From the NCBI GenBank assembly GCA_905178155.1, contig CAJINV010000009.1:186001-250000 (forward strand): a DNA stretch of 64,000 bases. Reading direction: 5' to 3'. The DNA comes from Amoebophrya sp. A120. Its lineage: Eukaryota > Protista > Dinoflagellata. Made by a program: the position numbers and the translations under genes. Positions 36,667-49,477 of this stretch are shown here, in pieces. The notes under the pieces are model-generated. The model searched no databases. It had not been told where the DNA came from and saw only the letters and a program-made list of their open reading frames with translations. Positions within the stretch are counted from its first letter, which is position 1; each line of letters begins with the position of its first letter.

Positions 36667-39513
36667 ATGGTGTTTCTCAATTCGCGACCGAAAATATATC
36701 GGCACACTCGGATTTTTTTGATCGCAATATTGGCAGCAGTTTCATTGCGCCTCGGAGCGCCTTATCAAGCCTCGGCCGCTTACTTTGGCCGCGGAGCGGG
36801 CTCCTTGAGTGGAGAGCGAGTGGACGCGCCGTACGGAAACAATTCTCCGTGGGTGAGTTTGACCAGCAGCTTCGAAGCCAGTCGCCACGCGGCGGAACCA
36901 GTCCGGCCAACGAACTCAACAAAGAAGGCCGAGGTCTTGCACACCCTTGGAGAGCTAGGTGGCTTGGGAGCCAACCAGCCGCGACCCACAAAAAGTGTTC
37001 GCTTCATAGAGCGGGCGAATGAGCGAAGCAGGACAAGAGGTAGTACAAGCAGCAAAGGAAACGGGTCGATCACGAGTAGAACATTCGAAAATAAGCGAGC
37101 CCGCAGTTCGTCGGACGAAACGACGCAGGAAGGCAGCGTTTGCGGTAGTTCTGGGTCGTCTTGGGACGGCGGAAATAATGGTGACATTGCAGCAGACCTC
37201 GATCGTGAAACTGAATATGAAAAACGCATGCGAGAGATCCAACAAGGCGCAAATTCCAGCGGTAGCTGCCTTGGAATCGACAGTTGCCGGGCGGCGCTTT
37301 CTCTCGTGTTTCCCTCCAGCAGTGGCGGAAGGCCTGCAAATGCTGCCGCGGCGCAAGAACAGCAGCTGAGTTCGATACATTCTCCCCGCGGGCCCCGGCA
37401 GCGCCCCTCGCTCCGGAGTCTCAGCGTCGAACCACAACCAGAGGAGAGACGATGGCGAGCGCAGGAGCTGCAGGGTCCTGTCGGAACTCCGGGTAAAGAT
37501 AGTAGGGTGCCATCAAAATCAAATGCGCAAGTCGCATTATCCGAAAGAGTGGAGGAGCAAGCTATCCTCCCCTCGTTTTCGGATTCGCTCCTGGCCTTCG
37601 TGGCGCAGCGGACGGCCCTAGCGACGCCACCGACCTCACCTGCCGGCCACTCAACAGAAGACGCTCAAGTGGCGCCAACATCTACTTTTCGAGAGTTGCA
37701 TCGGTCTGGCGCGTTTCCCCGGTTCAGGGGCGCGAACGCACATGTCAACACCACGCCGAACGACAAAGACGACTCAGATGTTGACAGTGAATACTATCGG
37801 CGGGTGTATATCAACATCTACAACCGCGAAGCCGCTTGCCACGAACCTCCTCCGGGGCAGTATATTCCTGGTCACAGAAGTCCGGCGTCCTCCGCGCACC
37901 AAATGTACACGTCTGCGCAAAACGACAGCGAGCCGGAGGAGGTGGTCATTCCGAAGCCCTGCAGGACCACCACCCCACCAACCGACGCGACCCTGAAACC
38001 GCAGAAGCAAGGCACGACGACCCTGGCGGACTTGATGTGCGAGTCGATTGTCGGTCCTCCGTGCCTGTTTTCGCGCACCGCCACTTCCCCCCGGGGCTCT
38101 CCGCCCGTCCGAAATTTGATCGCGCCGAGCAACGGGTGCGCGAAGGCGCTGGCTTTTGCGTACCATTCTGCGATCCAGGTAGACGGCGACAAGGAGATGT
38201 TTTTCGGCGCCGGCGGCCTTTCGGACTGGCGGGAGCCCCTGTGGAGGCGGAACAAGATGAAGAGGCTGACCGCACTGCCAAAGTACTTTCCGGCGCCGAG
38301 TGCGAACGTGTTTGTGCAGGTCGATGTGGGGATGCTGCCGCACAATCAAGTGACGAGGACGCTGGAGGCGATGCGCAACTTGGCGGAGCAGGGAATCGAC
38401 TGGACGTACGACAAGTACGATCTCCTGTCGAAAAACTGCAACCACTTTACCGTCGCGTTCTTAGAAAATCTGTTTGCCGCACTGCAGGACGCCGCATCCG
38501 GTTCGGGCGCCGCGCAAGAGGATGCAGTAGATACTCTATCCCAGGCGGATCGAACTAGAGGTACTAGGCCTTCACCGCCCCGATTAAGGTCGTCAAGGAG
38601 GAGCAGTAGCAAAGATGGGGACAGCACAAGCACAGGCACAGGCACAGGCACAGGCACAGCAGCATCTTCACGACTGGTAGTATCAGCCGCCAGCACCGCT
38701 GAGCTGGATCGGACGATGTTTCCTTTGGTTGCCAGGACCAAAGAGGAGGACCTGTATAACCGAGGAAGTGGGCTCCGCCGTTTTGGTGATAGTTGCAGCA
38801 ACCATGAACAACCATTGTCGTTGTACACGAGAACGGCGTCTGCAGAAAGCGCAAGGCGTTCAGGAGGAAAGCGCCGCGAAGGAGAAAACTGCTCGTCGAC
38901 TACTTCTGCGGGTTTGTTCTCGGTCGTCGGCTGGCCGTTCGCCGCGGAAGATGTTGAGGAAGTGGAGCCAGGACTGCCCGGCGGTGCTGTGGACCTCGGT
39001 ACGAGGTTCGGCAGGAGCGACGTCAGATCAACGTCACGTCGAGCCACTACAGCTACCCCGGCCGAAATCGGGAAGCACCACTTCTGCCAGCGAGGCCGAG
39101 AAGCCTCGGAAGAAGTAGGCGGGAACAAGCGCACCGAGGTTACTGAAGTAGACGATGCCAATCCGCTCGAGAAAAACAGGCTCGTGTGTGGTTCTGTAGA
39201 AGGAGGTGGACGAGGACCATGCGCCAGCTCGACGGCTTTGGAGGTAGACCCGGACAACCAGTTGTATTATTTTGATGCGCTTTCGGGACGCGATTTGAAG
39301 TTTATACTCACGGGGTTCACGGATTGCTTGCAAAAACAAGCACCGTTCGCGTACCGGTTCGCAGGCGTGTGTGTGAACATGTTTCAGACAGCGGAAGATT
39401 TCTGGATGCTCATGTGCGGTGGTTTTTCTTTATCTAGCGCCGGAAACAGCACGACCCACCAGCAAGGAGTTGTTGCTGACGCTCTGGGTTCCCCAAGAAG
39501 CGCGTCAATATGA
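36667..39513 (+). CDS. PPPDE/DeSI-family cysteine peptidase (putative deSUMOylase/deubiquitinase) with an N-terminal hydrophobic segment
   Basis: VYINIY..AYHSAIQVDGDKEMFFG..YDLLSKNCNHFT gives the His and NCN-Cys dyad of PPPDE. Single long ORF 36589-39513, first ATG at 36667. Confidence 0.85.
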   Translation: MVFLNSRPKIYRHTRIFLIAILAAVSLRLGAPYQASAAYFGRGAGSLSGERVDAPYGNNSPWVSLTSSFEASRHAAEPVRPTNSTKKAEVLHTLGELGGLGANQPRPTKSVRFIERANERSRTRGSTSSKGNGSITSRTFENKRARSSSDETTQEGSVCGSSGSSWDGGNNGDIAADLDRETEYEKRMREIQQGANSSGSCLGIDSCRAALSLVFPSSSGGRPANAAAAQEQQLSSIHSPRGPRQRPSLRSLSVEPQPEERRWRAQELQGPVGTPGKDSRVPSKSNAQVALSERVEEQAILPSFSDSLLAFVAQRTALATPPTSPAGHSTEDAQVAPTSTFRELHRSGAFPRFRGANAHVNTTPNDKDDSDVDSEYYRRVYINIYNREAACHEPPPGQYIPGHRSPASSAHQMYTSAQNDSEPEEVVIPKPCRTTTPPTDATLKPQKQGTTTLADLMCESIVGPPCLFSRTATSPRGSPPVRNLIAPSNGCAKALAFAYHSAIQVDGDKEMFFGAGGLSDWREPLWRRNKMKRLTALPKYFPAPSANVFVQVDVGMLPHNQVTRTLEAMRNLAEQGIDWTYDKYDLLSKNCNHFTVAFLENLFAALQDAASGSGAAQEDAVDTLSQADRTRGTRPSPPRLRSSRRSSSKDGDSTSTGTGTGTGTAASSRLVVSAASTAELDRTMFPLVARTKEEDLYNRGSGLRRFGDSCSNHEQPLSLYTRTASAESARRSGGKRREGENCSSTTSAGLFSVVGWPFAAEDVEEVEPGLPGGAVDLGTRFGRSDVRSTSRRATTATPAEIGKHHFCQRGREASEEVGGNKRTEVTEVDDANPLEKNRLVCGSVEGGGRGPCASSTALEVDPDNQLYYFDALSGRDLKFILTGFTDCLQKQAPFAYRFAGVCVNMFQTAEDFWMLMCGGFSLSSAGNSTTHQQGVVADALGSPRSASI
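38630..38660 (+). repeat. (GCACAG)n coding hexamer repeat (TGTGTGT)
   Basis: About 5 tandem GCACAG units inside the PPPDE ORF. Confidence 0.85.
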
Positions 39514-40550
39514 GTTTGGCGATTAAGCAAGAGGAACACTAGAAGAAAATGCCACTGCGATCTCGTCATGCGAAAAGGATGCCTGCGACTGCGTCTGCCA
39601 GTGCCGCCGCGTCTTCGACAAGGAATCTGCATGACCGAAAAGTAAAGGGTGTGTGTGTGTCTGGTGTACGTCATACATAGAGTGAAAAACATTTCTGGCA
39701 GTCTCTAGTTAGGAAAAGTATCAAATTGAAGAATGTTGTGACGACAACATTGATGTATTTTCTGATTCTGTCGCCAGTCAGTCAGAGAAATGTTGAAGAA
39801 ATTGCGTTTACATAAGTATACACAGTGAAAATTCTACCTGTTCAGCGTACGAGCGTACAACAGAGTGTTTCATCGTTCCAGAACAAACTGAGCCAAGGTC
39901 TGTCATTCGGAAGAGGTAGGCGTTTATAACGCTTTTCCACCGATTCAGATGGAATACTGGTCCAGACGTCGCAGCGAAGAAAGTGATAGACTTTTTTCAC
40001 TTTTGTGCATGTGTTTTCCTTTCTTTCATCGTACAGCGTAAGGGAGGTGTCGTTCTTCTCTTCTTTCTACTGAATTCGTCGAAAGTAGTCGTGTCGTTGT
40101 TCGCGTACCTGATGTTGACACTTCGTCTTTTTCCCCGCGCAAAATCGTACACCAAGCAAAGACAACAGCACCTTCGTCCTGGGAGCCGCATGTCGTTCAT
40201 ATTAATTTTTCTGGTTCCTCTTCCTTTCTCATTTGTCATACTTATTGCGTCTCGGTGTCGGTAGAAGCAGACGGCGTAAATTCTTTATGCAAAAATGATG
40301 TTTTGTTTTAGTATCAGAATTAGTTTTGGCTTGGCTAGTTTGTGTTGTCTCATCTTCATGACCCTCGAGCTTTAGCTGCACAGATGAGGTTTTGCCCCAG
40401 TAGACTTTCTATCAACCCTGACGGAGCATAGGTTACGTCTGAGCTTCTCCAGCCTCAGTTTTGCATTGATTGTGTACACAAATCACCCAAGCGCTGTCAC
40501 AATCTTTGCGCTTCACTTGATTTCGATTTGATCGTTTTCCAGACGAGTCG

Positions 40551-43500
40551 GTGCGCTACGCCGGCGGCCCCGTAAGTGTCATCATTGGTCTGAGCAATCT
40601 TTTCATCTTCTTACCGAAAACGCAAGTAGACGCGATGTTGCTGAACCGGGACCGTCTTTTGCACTATTTCGAGACCAGTTTCGGGCCTTTTCAGTACAAC
40701 GCTGATGCATCCGACGAGAGACTCGCGAGGGAGGTCGAAAACAATCTGGACAAACACTACCTCCCGTGCGTGATCCTGCCGGTGATTCACGTACGAGACC
40801 TGAAGCAAACGATTCGCAACGTCGAAAAAGTGGAACGCGCAGGCCTGAAAGGCTGTTTTTTGATCAACCAGCGCGAGCACGGGTCGGCCTATCATGGGCT
40901 GATTTCTGCTGTATCTACACGAAGTGGCACCCAAAGTATGAACCAATTTTACGGCTCAGCAGCAGGTGGACAGATGGATGGAAAGGGAACACAGCTGCTG
41001 AACGCAACTAGTAGTGCAGCATCAACATTATCTTCAAATATCCACCGTCCGGCGGAATCCCCTAGGCCAATGGTGTTGAAGGCCAGTCAGGACCGGGCTA
41101 CGGCACGCGAGAGTCAGGCAATCAAGACGCCGCGCTACACTGGTTACGATTTCCGGGAGATGCTGCCGATCGTGATTGCGGTGCGCAAAAGGTTCCCGAA
41201 GCTCTTCATCGGTGTCAACTTCCTGGGCGTCAACGGGGACAAGGCGTTTCCGGTGCTGGCCCGCCTCGCGCAAGGGGACTTCTCCGATCTGCTTCCGCGA
41301 GTCCGCGCGGCGACTCTGGAAAAAAGTCTCTCGAAAGCGAGCTTGATAGGGAATAGACCCAACACTGCATCGGATCGTTTGTCGAAAGGTACTACGGCAG
41401 AATTGTTCCCCCGACAACTACGCGCAGCAGTAGATCATCGGGCCCCGTCACCCCAAGTGTTGAAGGCGAAGCGGCAGAACTTCATGAACAGTAAATCCAC
41501 TACCACGGAAGTAGCAGTAGGACACGGAGCTGCTCGTCCGGGAGACGAGGGAGTTGGCCCGCTCCAAGCTTCTGTTGAAAAGGCACCATTGAAATCAGCA
41601 TTTCCGGCGAGAAGCACAAGCACTCTGTCAACACCGGTTTCGTCCGCGAGAAGGGTTGAAATTATCGAAGTCGAGAAGATGATGGAAAGTTCGCACAATC
41701 TCCCTCCACCAGCAGGAAGTAGGTCAGTAGAAAATAGTAGTACAGACGCTACAGAGGAAATTCTTCTACTCAGTGAAGACGGTCGCGAACACGACTTAAA
41801 AATGGAGAGCAAGAATTCCGCTTCTGCCACCTCTACGACAAGTAAGAGTAACATTGTTGTGGATCTACTACAACAAGAACAGGCGGACCTCAGCAAAGGT
41901 GACTCGCACGACGGTGAGACCACTCCAACTCCGGTACGAGAAAGCAAGCGGGTGCAGACAAAGAGTAAGACGGACGACGAAGTAGTGACTTTCTTTGTCG
42001 CCTCCAGTGCGCATGACTCGACGGTGACCGAGGAAGAAACAGCCCTTGGACATCAACAGCCACCAGAACGGCTGGGTAGTGCAACACGGAGAACTAGTAC
42101 AGTGCAAGAGAGGAATTATACGCCGCGAACCGAAGCAAGAGCTGACGGAAATGTAGGTGAAACAGCGGGGGCAACAGCATCCGGTGGCTCGGTGTCTCTC
42201 CAGCAGGAACGAGATGAAATCGGGGCTGACTTTTTAGAAGAGGACCTTCTAGACGGGCCGATTGTCATCGACGGCTATTGGGCGGATACCGGTATGATTG
42301 ACGAAGACCGCGAGGAACAAGTCCAGGCGGACCGCATCCGTGAGGTCCAGAGGCAGGTTTCTCCCTATTGGAACGGGCTTTACTTCGGGGGTGTGTGCTT
42401 CAAGAAGCAGCGGGAGGTGTTGCCCGAGAAGTGGGAGATCGCAGCGGCGCGCGCGTGCGAAATCTCGGTGCTGAGCAAGCGGCACATGGCAAAGCTGGAA
42501 AAGCAGCGCCAGGAACGAGAACGACAGAAAACCGCAATAAGAGCAGATGAAGGTGGCACGATGTTCAGGAACGAGCGAGGTTTTCCTGCGTCAGGAGGAG
42601 GAGCAGGAGAGGACAATGATAATATTAAACCTGCAAAAGGTGGTGGTCCTGCACTGTCAGCTGCCCTGGTGCCGGATCGCTCGGAGATGATCAAGCAGAT
42701 AGATCTTACGCCTCATGGACTTCAACCAACGGGTCTGTCCGGCCAGCTGATGCATTTCAGGCACGGCTACATGGACGTGGTGATGACATCCGGGACCGCG
42801 ACCGGGATCGCCGCGGAGCGGGCGAAGATTCTGTCGATGCTATTACAGTGAAAAATGCCCCCACCCCCAAAGTTGCAAGAATTTGTGATGCGGATTTTCC
42901 AAATGAAAACTTTTTGCCATGCATGAAAGGAGTATGAGTCTTTGTCTTTCTGATGCAGAGTCTAGGCGTATATCGCATCGCTTGCATGACAAGCGCTGCT
43001 CTTGCTGGGATCTTTTGCAATGCAAATTTTTGCTATTCACGATTGGACATCTGTGATGCTGATAGATGCAAGAGGGCGAATGTCTCATTTGGAAAGGTTT
43101 GCAATACAAATGCTCCCAAGTTCGGGGGTGGGGGCATTTTTCCTTTCAATAGATGCGGACCGGCGTCGGCCCGGAGAAACCCCTCGGCCTCGCCTCCGGC
43201 GTCACGCCGGATAACTTGGCAGAGTACCTTTCCCTCGGCGTAGATGTGGTTCTGGTGGCCACGGGGGTTTCCGACGACTTCCACGAGCTGTCCGAGGACA
43301 AGTTGCAAAGATTGATCGCCGCCGCGGTGGATTTTGATAGAAGTAGTTGTAAAACGGCCGCGTCCAGCACCGCGACCCCTCGAGGAGCGGATTATATGAC
43401 CTCGAATTCACGCGGCCGCGGGCCCGAAGAACTGCATTATTTCCAAGATGTTGGGGCTAGTGCGGAGGAAATGAGCCGTGAGAAGTTCTCTTCCGCAGCG

Positions 43501-44430
43501 CGAAGATCATCCTCGCCGTCATTTCATCAACATCCGCCGCAGCTTTGCGAAGACCAGCACGAACTTTTCTGGTCCCGCATGGACAAAGAGGCGCTGAGGC
43601 ACGGGCTGCCGACGCACACCGCCGTGGAGACGGCGAATAGCAGGAAGTTCCCCTTCTCCAAAGTGCCGCGGTCCCTGAAGCGGCGCAAGCAGTTTTTGAT
43701 GCTGCAGTCGGAGAACGTGAAGGACAATTTTGCGGGAGAGAAGAAAGATTTTAACTATGCGTGGCTGGACCCGAGTTCATGCTGCGTGTCGAACATGAAC
43801 CACTGCGTCCAGGAGTGGGCCGTCCCCTTTTGCTTGGGCAGGAACACCAAGCCCATCCACCTGGTAGCCGGCCCCGACGCCGCCGGCTTTTACTACGCCG
43901 GCGCCCTGGCGTCCTACTTGAACTGTGGGTTTCTCAGCCTGCGGAAGGAGAACAAACTGGGCTGCGCGACCGTGAAAGCCGAGTACTGGAACTACACGGG
44001 GAAGCGGAATGTCCTGGAGTGCCGCCGCAATTTCGACTTGGCCGGGCTGAACGTCCTGCTGGTGGATCAGTGGATTGAAACGGGCGGAACGGTCGACGCG
44101 TCCGTGCGCCTGCTGCAAAACGAACTGCGCTGCAACGTGCTGGGGATTTGCGTCGTCGGCTGCGAGAGCTCAGGATTTAATAGGGAAGACAAGGACGGCG
44201 AAGGCGGTGAAAAGGGAGAACGCGGGGAGGTGGAGATGAATGCGACAAATATCGCGGATACAATAAATGCTCGCTCGACTTCTATAGAAGTACCCAATGG
44301 TGTTGTAGTAGGTCCTCGCATGGGGGCGGAAATGAAAAGCCTGCCCATTGTGCAAAACATCCCTGCGTGTTTTCGATCTTTCTTAAACACCCGAGATCTT
44401 GTTGGGCTGAAAAGGGCATTGCGGTCGTGA
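40551..44430 (+). CDS. Fusion of a BtpA/SgcQ-like TIM barrel with an adenine phosphoribosyltransferase-like domain
   Basis: ILPVIHV..GCFLIN..FIGVNFL..GYWAD..GLYFGGVCFKKQR..DVVMTSGTATG..KILSM|RTG..LASGVTPDN..VLVAT, then VAGPDAAGF..LRKENKL..VLLVDQWIETGGT (PRPP loop). The two ORFs join on removal of the 42841 element. The true start is uncertain (ATG 40635 or upstream exons). Confidence 0.8.
42841..43151. mobile_element. Introner family 3-like (311 nt)
   Basis: Ends TATTACAGTGAAAAATGCCCCCACCCCCAAA / TTCGGGGGTGGGGGCATTTTTCCTTTCAATA. Direct repeat GATGC at 42836-42840 and 43152-43156. Confidence 0.93.
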
Positions 44431-45342
44431 AGATGGTAGGGGGGTCTTTTGTGCACGCGCAAGTTGTAGCTTTGTGCTTTTACTGAATTTTCTTAGACGA
44501 GTGAAAATAGATGCGCGAGTCACTGATTATACAGCGAAATAGGTGGGGTTTGCATCTATAATTCTTCCCTTTGTCTGTATCTTAAAGTCAGATGATTCAG
44601 CGATATGTACTTGTTCTCAACAAATACAACCAATTCGTACTGTCAGCAATCTGGTGTTTCTGATTTTGACTGACAACTATGTTGTTCGCCTGTTTTCCAT
44701 CACAGGCACAACCACATCACTTGTATCTGTGTTCGTGTGTCGAACTCCAATAATGAGACAGGAATGACGTTGAGGCACAATTAAAATTATGACGTCCTCC
44801 GGCGGAGATTATTTGTTCGTCATGATAGCCAAAGTGAAAGTACGGCTAGTACTTGGGCACAACAGGCACAGAGGATCGGCCCGAAACGAAGCCGAAACAA
44901 AATGGAGCGCAGGAGACACAGAGGACGGGATGCTCAGCGAGTGACGCGCGAGCCACTTTCTTCAGGACGAGGGCTTCGTGATGTAAGATGCGGCATCAAT
45001 AATAAAGTGTCGAGTCGTACTAGTCGAGAGTGCTTGTGCGAGGGATTTTGACTAACTTAAGTGTACTAGTGTATGACAGGCTTCTTACCTGTGCGAATTT
45101 ATATTTATATGAAGTCTATTAAAAGTCAAAAAAGATCCATGAACATAAACCACATTGCTTGAGGATAGAATACCGTTTTTGCGGTTCACATGAATCTTTG
45201 GGTTTACCAGTTCTGTTGTCGTGTTTCGAGTGAGAGGTCGTGTTGCTGCGCAGTCAGATGACGACGACGAGTTATTGACAGGCTGCAGTCAGAATTCCAA
45301 TTCTGCATCCGTGCGCCTGTTTGAAGCCGGGCAACGGTCGAA

Positions 45343-47720
45343 ATGAAGCTTCTCTCGCTGTGTTTATCATCGCATATCAGCGCTCCGCTGCTCTCCAACA
45401 TTCTTCACCAGGGTCTCGTGGTGCGAGGCCACGGCGCTAAGGAACATGACGACGCGCACGGCAAAAACAAGGTACTCCGCACCGAGATCCTCCCTGATGC
45501 GGAGCAAGACGAGGCTTGGGCAACACCGCCCCCAGAAATGTCGTCCTCTGCGAAAACGAAAAGTAGAGGTAGCGGACATGATGAGGAGCTACAGCAGCAG
45601 CGGAGGGCTGGGAAAAAAGACAGAAGGAACAAGGAGCACGTGGAACGGGCAGCCGGAGCCGCGGCGGCGAAAAAACCTACTTCTGCGGTGCAGCACCACA
45701 CCAGTCACGGAAAGGCGGAAGATGCCGCAGCGGTACTTGTGGACACGGCCAGGACGGATTCTGGTTCCAAGACGCATAATTCAGGTGTTAGTAAGATTAG
45801 TTTCTCCCGTCTCCTGCGCAGCGCAACAAGCAGTTCGCCGAAAGCCTACGTAAGGCGTGGCGCTAACGATACAAGCCATGCCATGTTCATGCAGGCCGGA
45901 GCTGAGGCTTGGAACGTCTGTGATCCAAACCTCGCACCAACGGCCGTAGACAAGGAGACTGGGAGATTTCCCGTGCGGTGCTGCGGCGAGGAGGCCCACC
46001 TGACTGATTCCGCCAGCTTCGGTAGTGGCAAAATCGACAATGGAAACAATATAGCGGTGGGCATTATCGATTAAAACATTAATAGTGTAGGATTCCCAGA
46101 AATCGCCGAAATTTTTTTTTTATCAAAACACCAAAATTTTTCAGCTCGCTGCAGCAGCCCGCCGTTTCTATATGTACCTGTCATGATTTAGATTTTGTAG
46201 CGTGATTTTAAGCATGTGAAAGTAGCAAACTATGCTTTGTTCGATTCATTAGACCTAACTAAGGAGGCTGGACTCTTCGGTGGCGCCGACATGGGAGGAG
46301 GGCAAGTAGCGACGCATGGGCGACCAGCCCTCTGGCCCCACTGAATGGGGCCAGAAGGCCCTGTCAGATCGGGATTGCGGCACGCATGGGCCGCGACGAG
46401 CCGTCAGATTGCGGTGCTGTATGACGCAGTGTCCTGCTCCTGCCTCTGTAACGTAACTAGTAAGCTGTACTATAGATACATAAGGGAACCGAAGCAGCCG
46501 ATAGCTAGAGTCAAAACTCTTTGTTTGAGTAAACCGGAGCACTTGATTCGAGCTCAAAGTCAAAACTATTTCTTTGCTTGGTTTCTGAAAATCCTACACG
46601 AGCGGTGTTTTTTCTTGGATAGGCAGACGAAGCGACGGAACACGAGTGGATTGCGTAACTCCACCGACGCCCGCCGACATCTGCAAAGCAACTTCAATCG
46701 ACGATGATCGGCTGATGGACTACGCAGCGGCGGTGGCCCTATGTGCCGAGCAGAACGGTCGTCGGCTGTGCACCTTGGAGGAGCTAGGCCTCCGACGCGA
46801 AAGTGCCAGTGAAGACAGTACAAACACTATTTGCGCTGAAACTGGCGGGGGGTGTAACCACGCGTGCATCTGGTCTGGTACGGACGTGCCAGTGCAAGGG
46901 AACTCAGTCTTACGCACTGTAAGAGCTGTGTGCAAAAGTTATCATGAATTTGCAGCGAACTGATGGTCAAAGGCATTTGTACTAGAACTACGCATATGAA
47001 ATGAACAACAAGCACTCGTTGCTCTTATTATTGTCGTTTGGGAGCTTGAGTTATGGCAGAGTGTATTCTTTTTGTCAACGTCAACCTCAATCGGAGCACT
47101 GGTCGGCGCCGGTGGTCAAGAAAAATTTCATTCTTGTGGAGGTTACTTACGTGCAAGGAGGTTTTTACAGTTAGCTGTAGATCTATATGATGAACTGGAA
47201 AATGTGGATTTTGTATTCGAGACTGCGACTGTCACGTCGAAGAGCAAGAAGGCGAAGTTCGAAACTTTGTGCACACGACCATCTTTCCAGTCAATCGTGG
47301 GAGAACTCAACCGAAGAAAATTCTTCGGCAACAACTACACCCAAAGACACGACAGTCACAGCAGAAGAGGAGGGTATGATTACACTTACTTATCATTTAT
47401 TTTCATTTTTGTGGATGGAATTATCGGGTTCAGTGAAGCGTGGATCGGATTATCGAGCTCAGTGACTGTCACAACCATGGTTTTTGTGATGAGGAGCACA
47501 AGTGTACATAGTGCTTGCTAGTCCACGGTGCTCTAGGCCAAGAACCGGGGGTTACTTAAGTCCTTACAACTCCCGTGCTGAAGCAAGCATGGTAGTAGAA
47601 CGAGTTCGTATGACAGGTGACGCATCGATGACGATGAAGATCATCATCGTTGTCCTCTTTGTGGCGCTGGTCGGCATCGGCGGTGGAATTTTCATGATGC
47701 AGGAGAAAGCCGTATTCGGT
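45343..47720 (+). CDS. Secreted/membrane protein with a Cys motif (VRCC..AVALC..RRLCTLEEL..C..TG..C..IW) and a TM helix; 3' end unresolved (may extend to ~48648)
   Basis: Signal-like MKLLSLCLSSHISAPLL. GT-AG intron 46022-46622 joins FPVRCCGE.. to DYAAAVALCAEQNGRRLCTLEEL. TM segment KIIIVVLFVALVGIGGGIFMM at ~47637-47699. Confidence 0.55.
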
Positions 47721-49477
47721 GTGAAAGCCTTAACTTTCGTCCCACCTGGAAGTTTTGTCATGCATGTAAGTCTGTACGCCCTGAACGAACACGAAGTAAG
47801 TACTACATGGAACAAATAGAAGGCCTAGGGCTGTCGCTGTTTGCCGCAACATGCGGTTGCTCATACGATGCGTGTTTTGCTCAGTGGGTTTCGGGTGATT
47901 GTTGTGCGCTAATGGATTGAGAGAACTGACGAGGGGACTCGAGGCGCGATCACACGACTCTGCTGAGGGCGCTGAGATCGTCGTCGTGGTGCGTGCAGAA
48001 GGTAGCGCATTCCGTAAAACTTCGTGCCAAATGCGAATAAACGATTGCTTGATCATTTGCGTAGAATATGGGATAGGGACGTTTTCACACGGGATACGAA
48101 GGCGTCGATGCCACCGCGGGGGGTGAAGGTGGAGCGGAAGGAGATATCAAAAAGAAATTCCTGAAGAGACCTAGCTATGACGGCCAAAGCTGTGACAGAT
48201 ATTTGTGTAGGAGTACGATCACAGTCTGGCTCGTCTTGGTACACTACATTACACGACACTTGGTTTTTACCGATACGGCGAAAAGTCGTGTAATAGAAAT
48301 AGAAGCTGTAGCTGAAGTAAGTAGAGCAGGACGTTAGCAGCAGTAAAGAGCAGCCGACATGGCAGGGCAGCTCGGGCAACTGCGCTTCAGCCTGGGTGGC
48401 TCAGGCTCCCGCAAAATTCAAAATCTAGATCTGCAGTACAGGAGCCTAGTGTCTTGCAGTGAAGGGGTGACGCGTGACGGACTTGCTTCATGCGTACGAA
48501 ATAAGTAAATAAGTGGAAGTGCTTCTCTACTTTCAATGTGCCCCTGGGTTTTTTGGCTTTGGGTTGAAAGCGAAGCTACTAGAGGAATGCTTTTTCTTTT
48601 GATATCTCCGGACGATGACGACGAGGCCGCCGCGTACGCCGGCTACTAGAAGGAGAAGGTTCAAGGGTGTGCGTGTGGTGTACGCGAGACATTTTATTTT
48701 TTTTTATCTGCAGGTGCAGCTGCAGCATATTTCAGACAGTATGCAAGAGTAAGTCGCACACCGCAAGCAAGATGCGATAATCAGATCGGTCCTTGGAATC
48801 AAAAATGGCGTGTACAAGAAGAAAGAGGCATTTGTTTCATCTCGGCACCAATCTCCAGCACTAGTGGCGCTCACAAACAAACCGCCCTGTCCTTGTATGT
48901 ACGAGTTCGTTGAAGCTGTCGCACGGTCCTGAGTATCGCGAAAATTGAACCAAAAAACCGGCTCGTTGATGGATCAAATGACCGGGCTCCAGGCATGCCG
49001 CAGATCGAATCGATCAGTAAAGGTCATGGATGGTACTGGATGGTGGGGCATCCGGTGTTACGTTGTACTCCAAAGAAAATAAGCGGGAAAGTGAGGTCCG
49101 TGATTTTTTTGATCGCTTGTGCCAAGATCATGATCAATCATGCAATATATGATGACGTCGATCCTGAAGATGTTGAAGAACTATGGTGCAAAAGTAAAAG
49201 TTAGCGTTCCCTGTTGATCTTGATGCTCCAAAAAGATTGACGAAGCAGTATGATGTGCTCATCACGATCACGCGATATGGCTCATCATGGCAATTTCTTT
49301 GATCGTCACGCGATATGCATTCATACTGAAGAAGAAGACTCCACGACAATGCTTCAGAATCGTTCTGGTGAGTGTAGTAAGTACAAGTAGAAGACGACTG
49401 AGTAGATATGATCACTTTATGATCATGAGGGCACTTCAGATGATACAACATCACAAAAGGTAAAGAAGCAACAGAAA

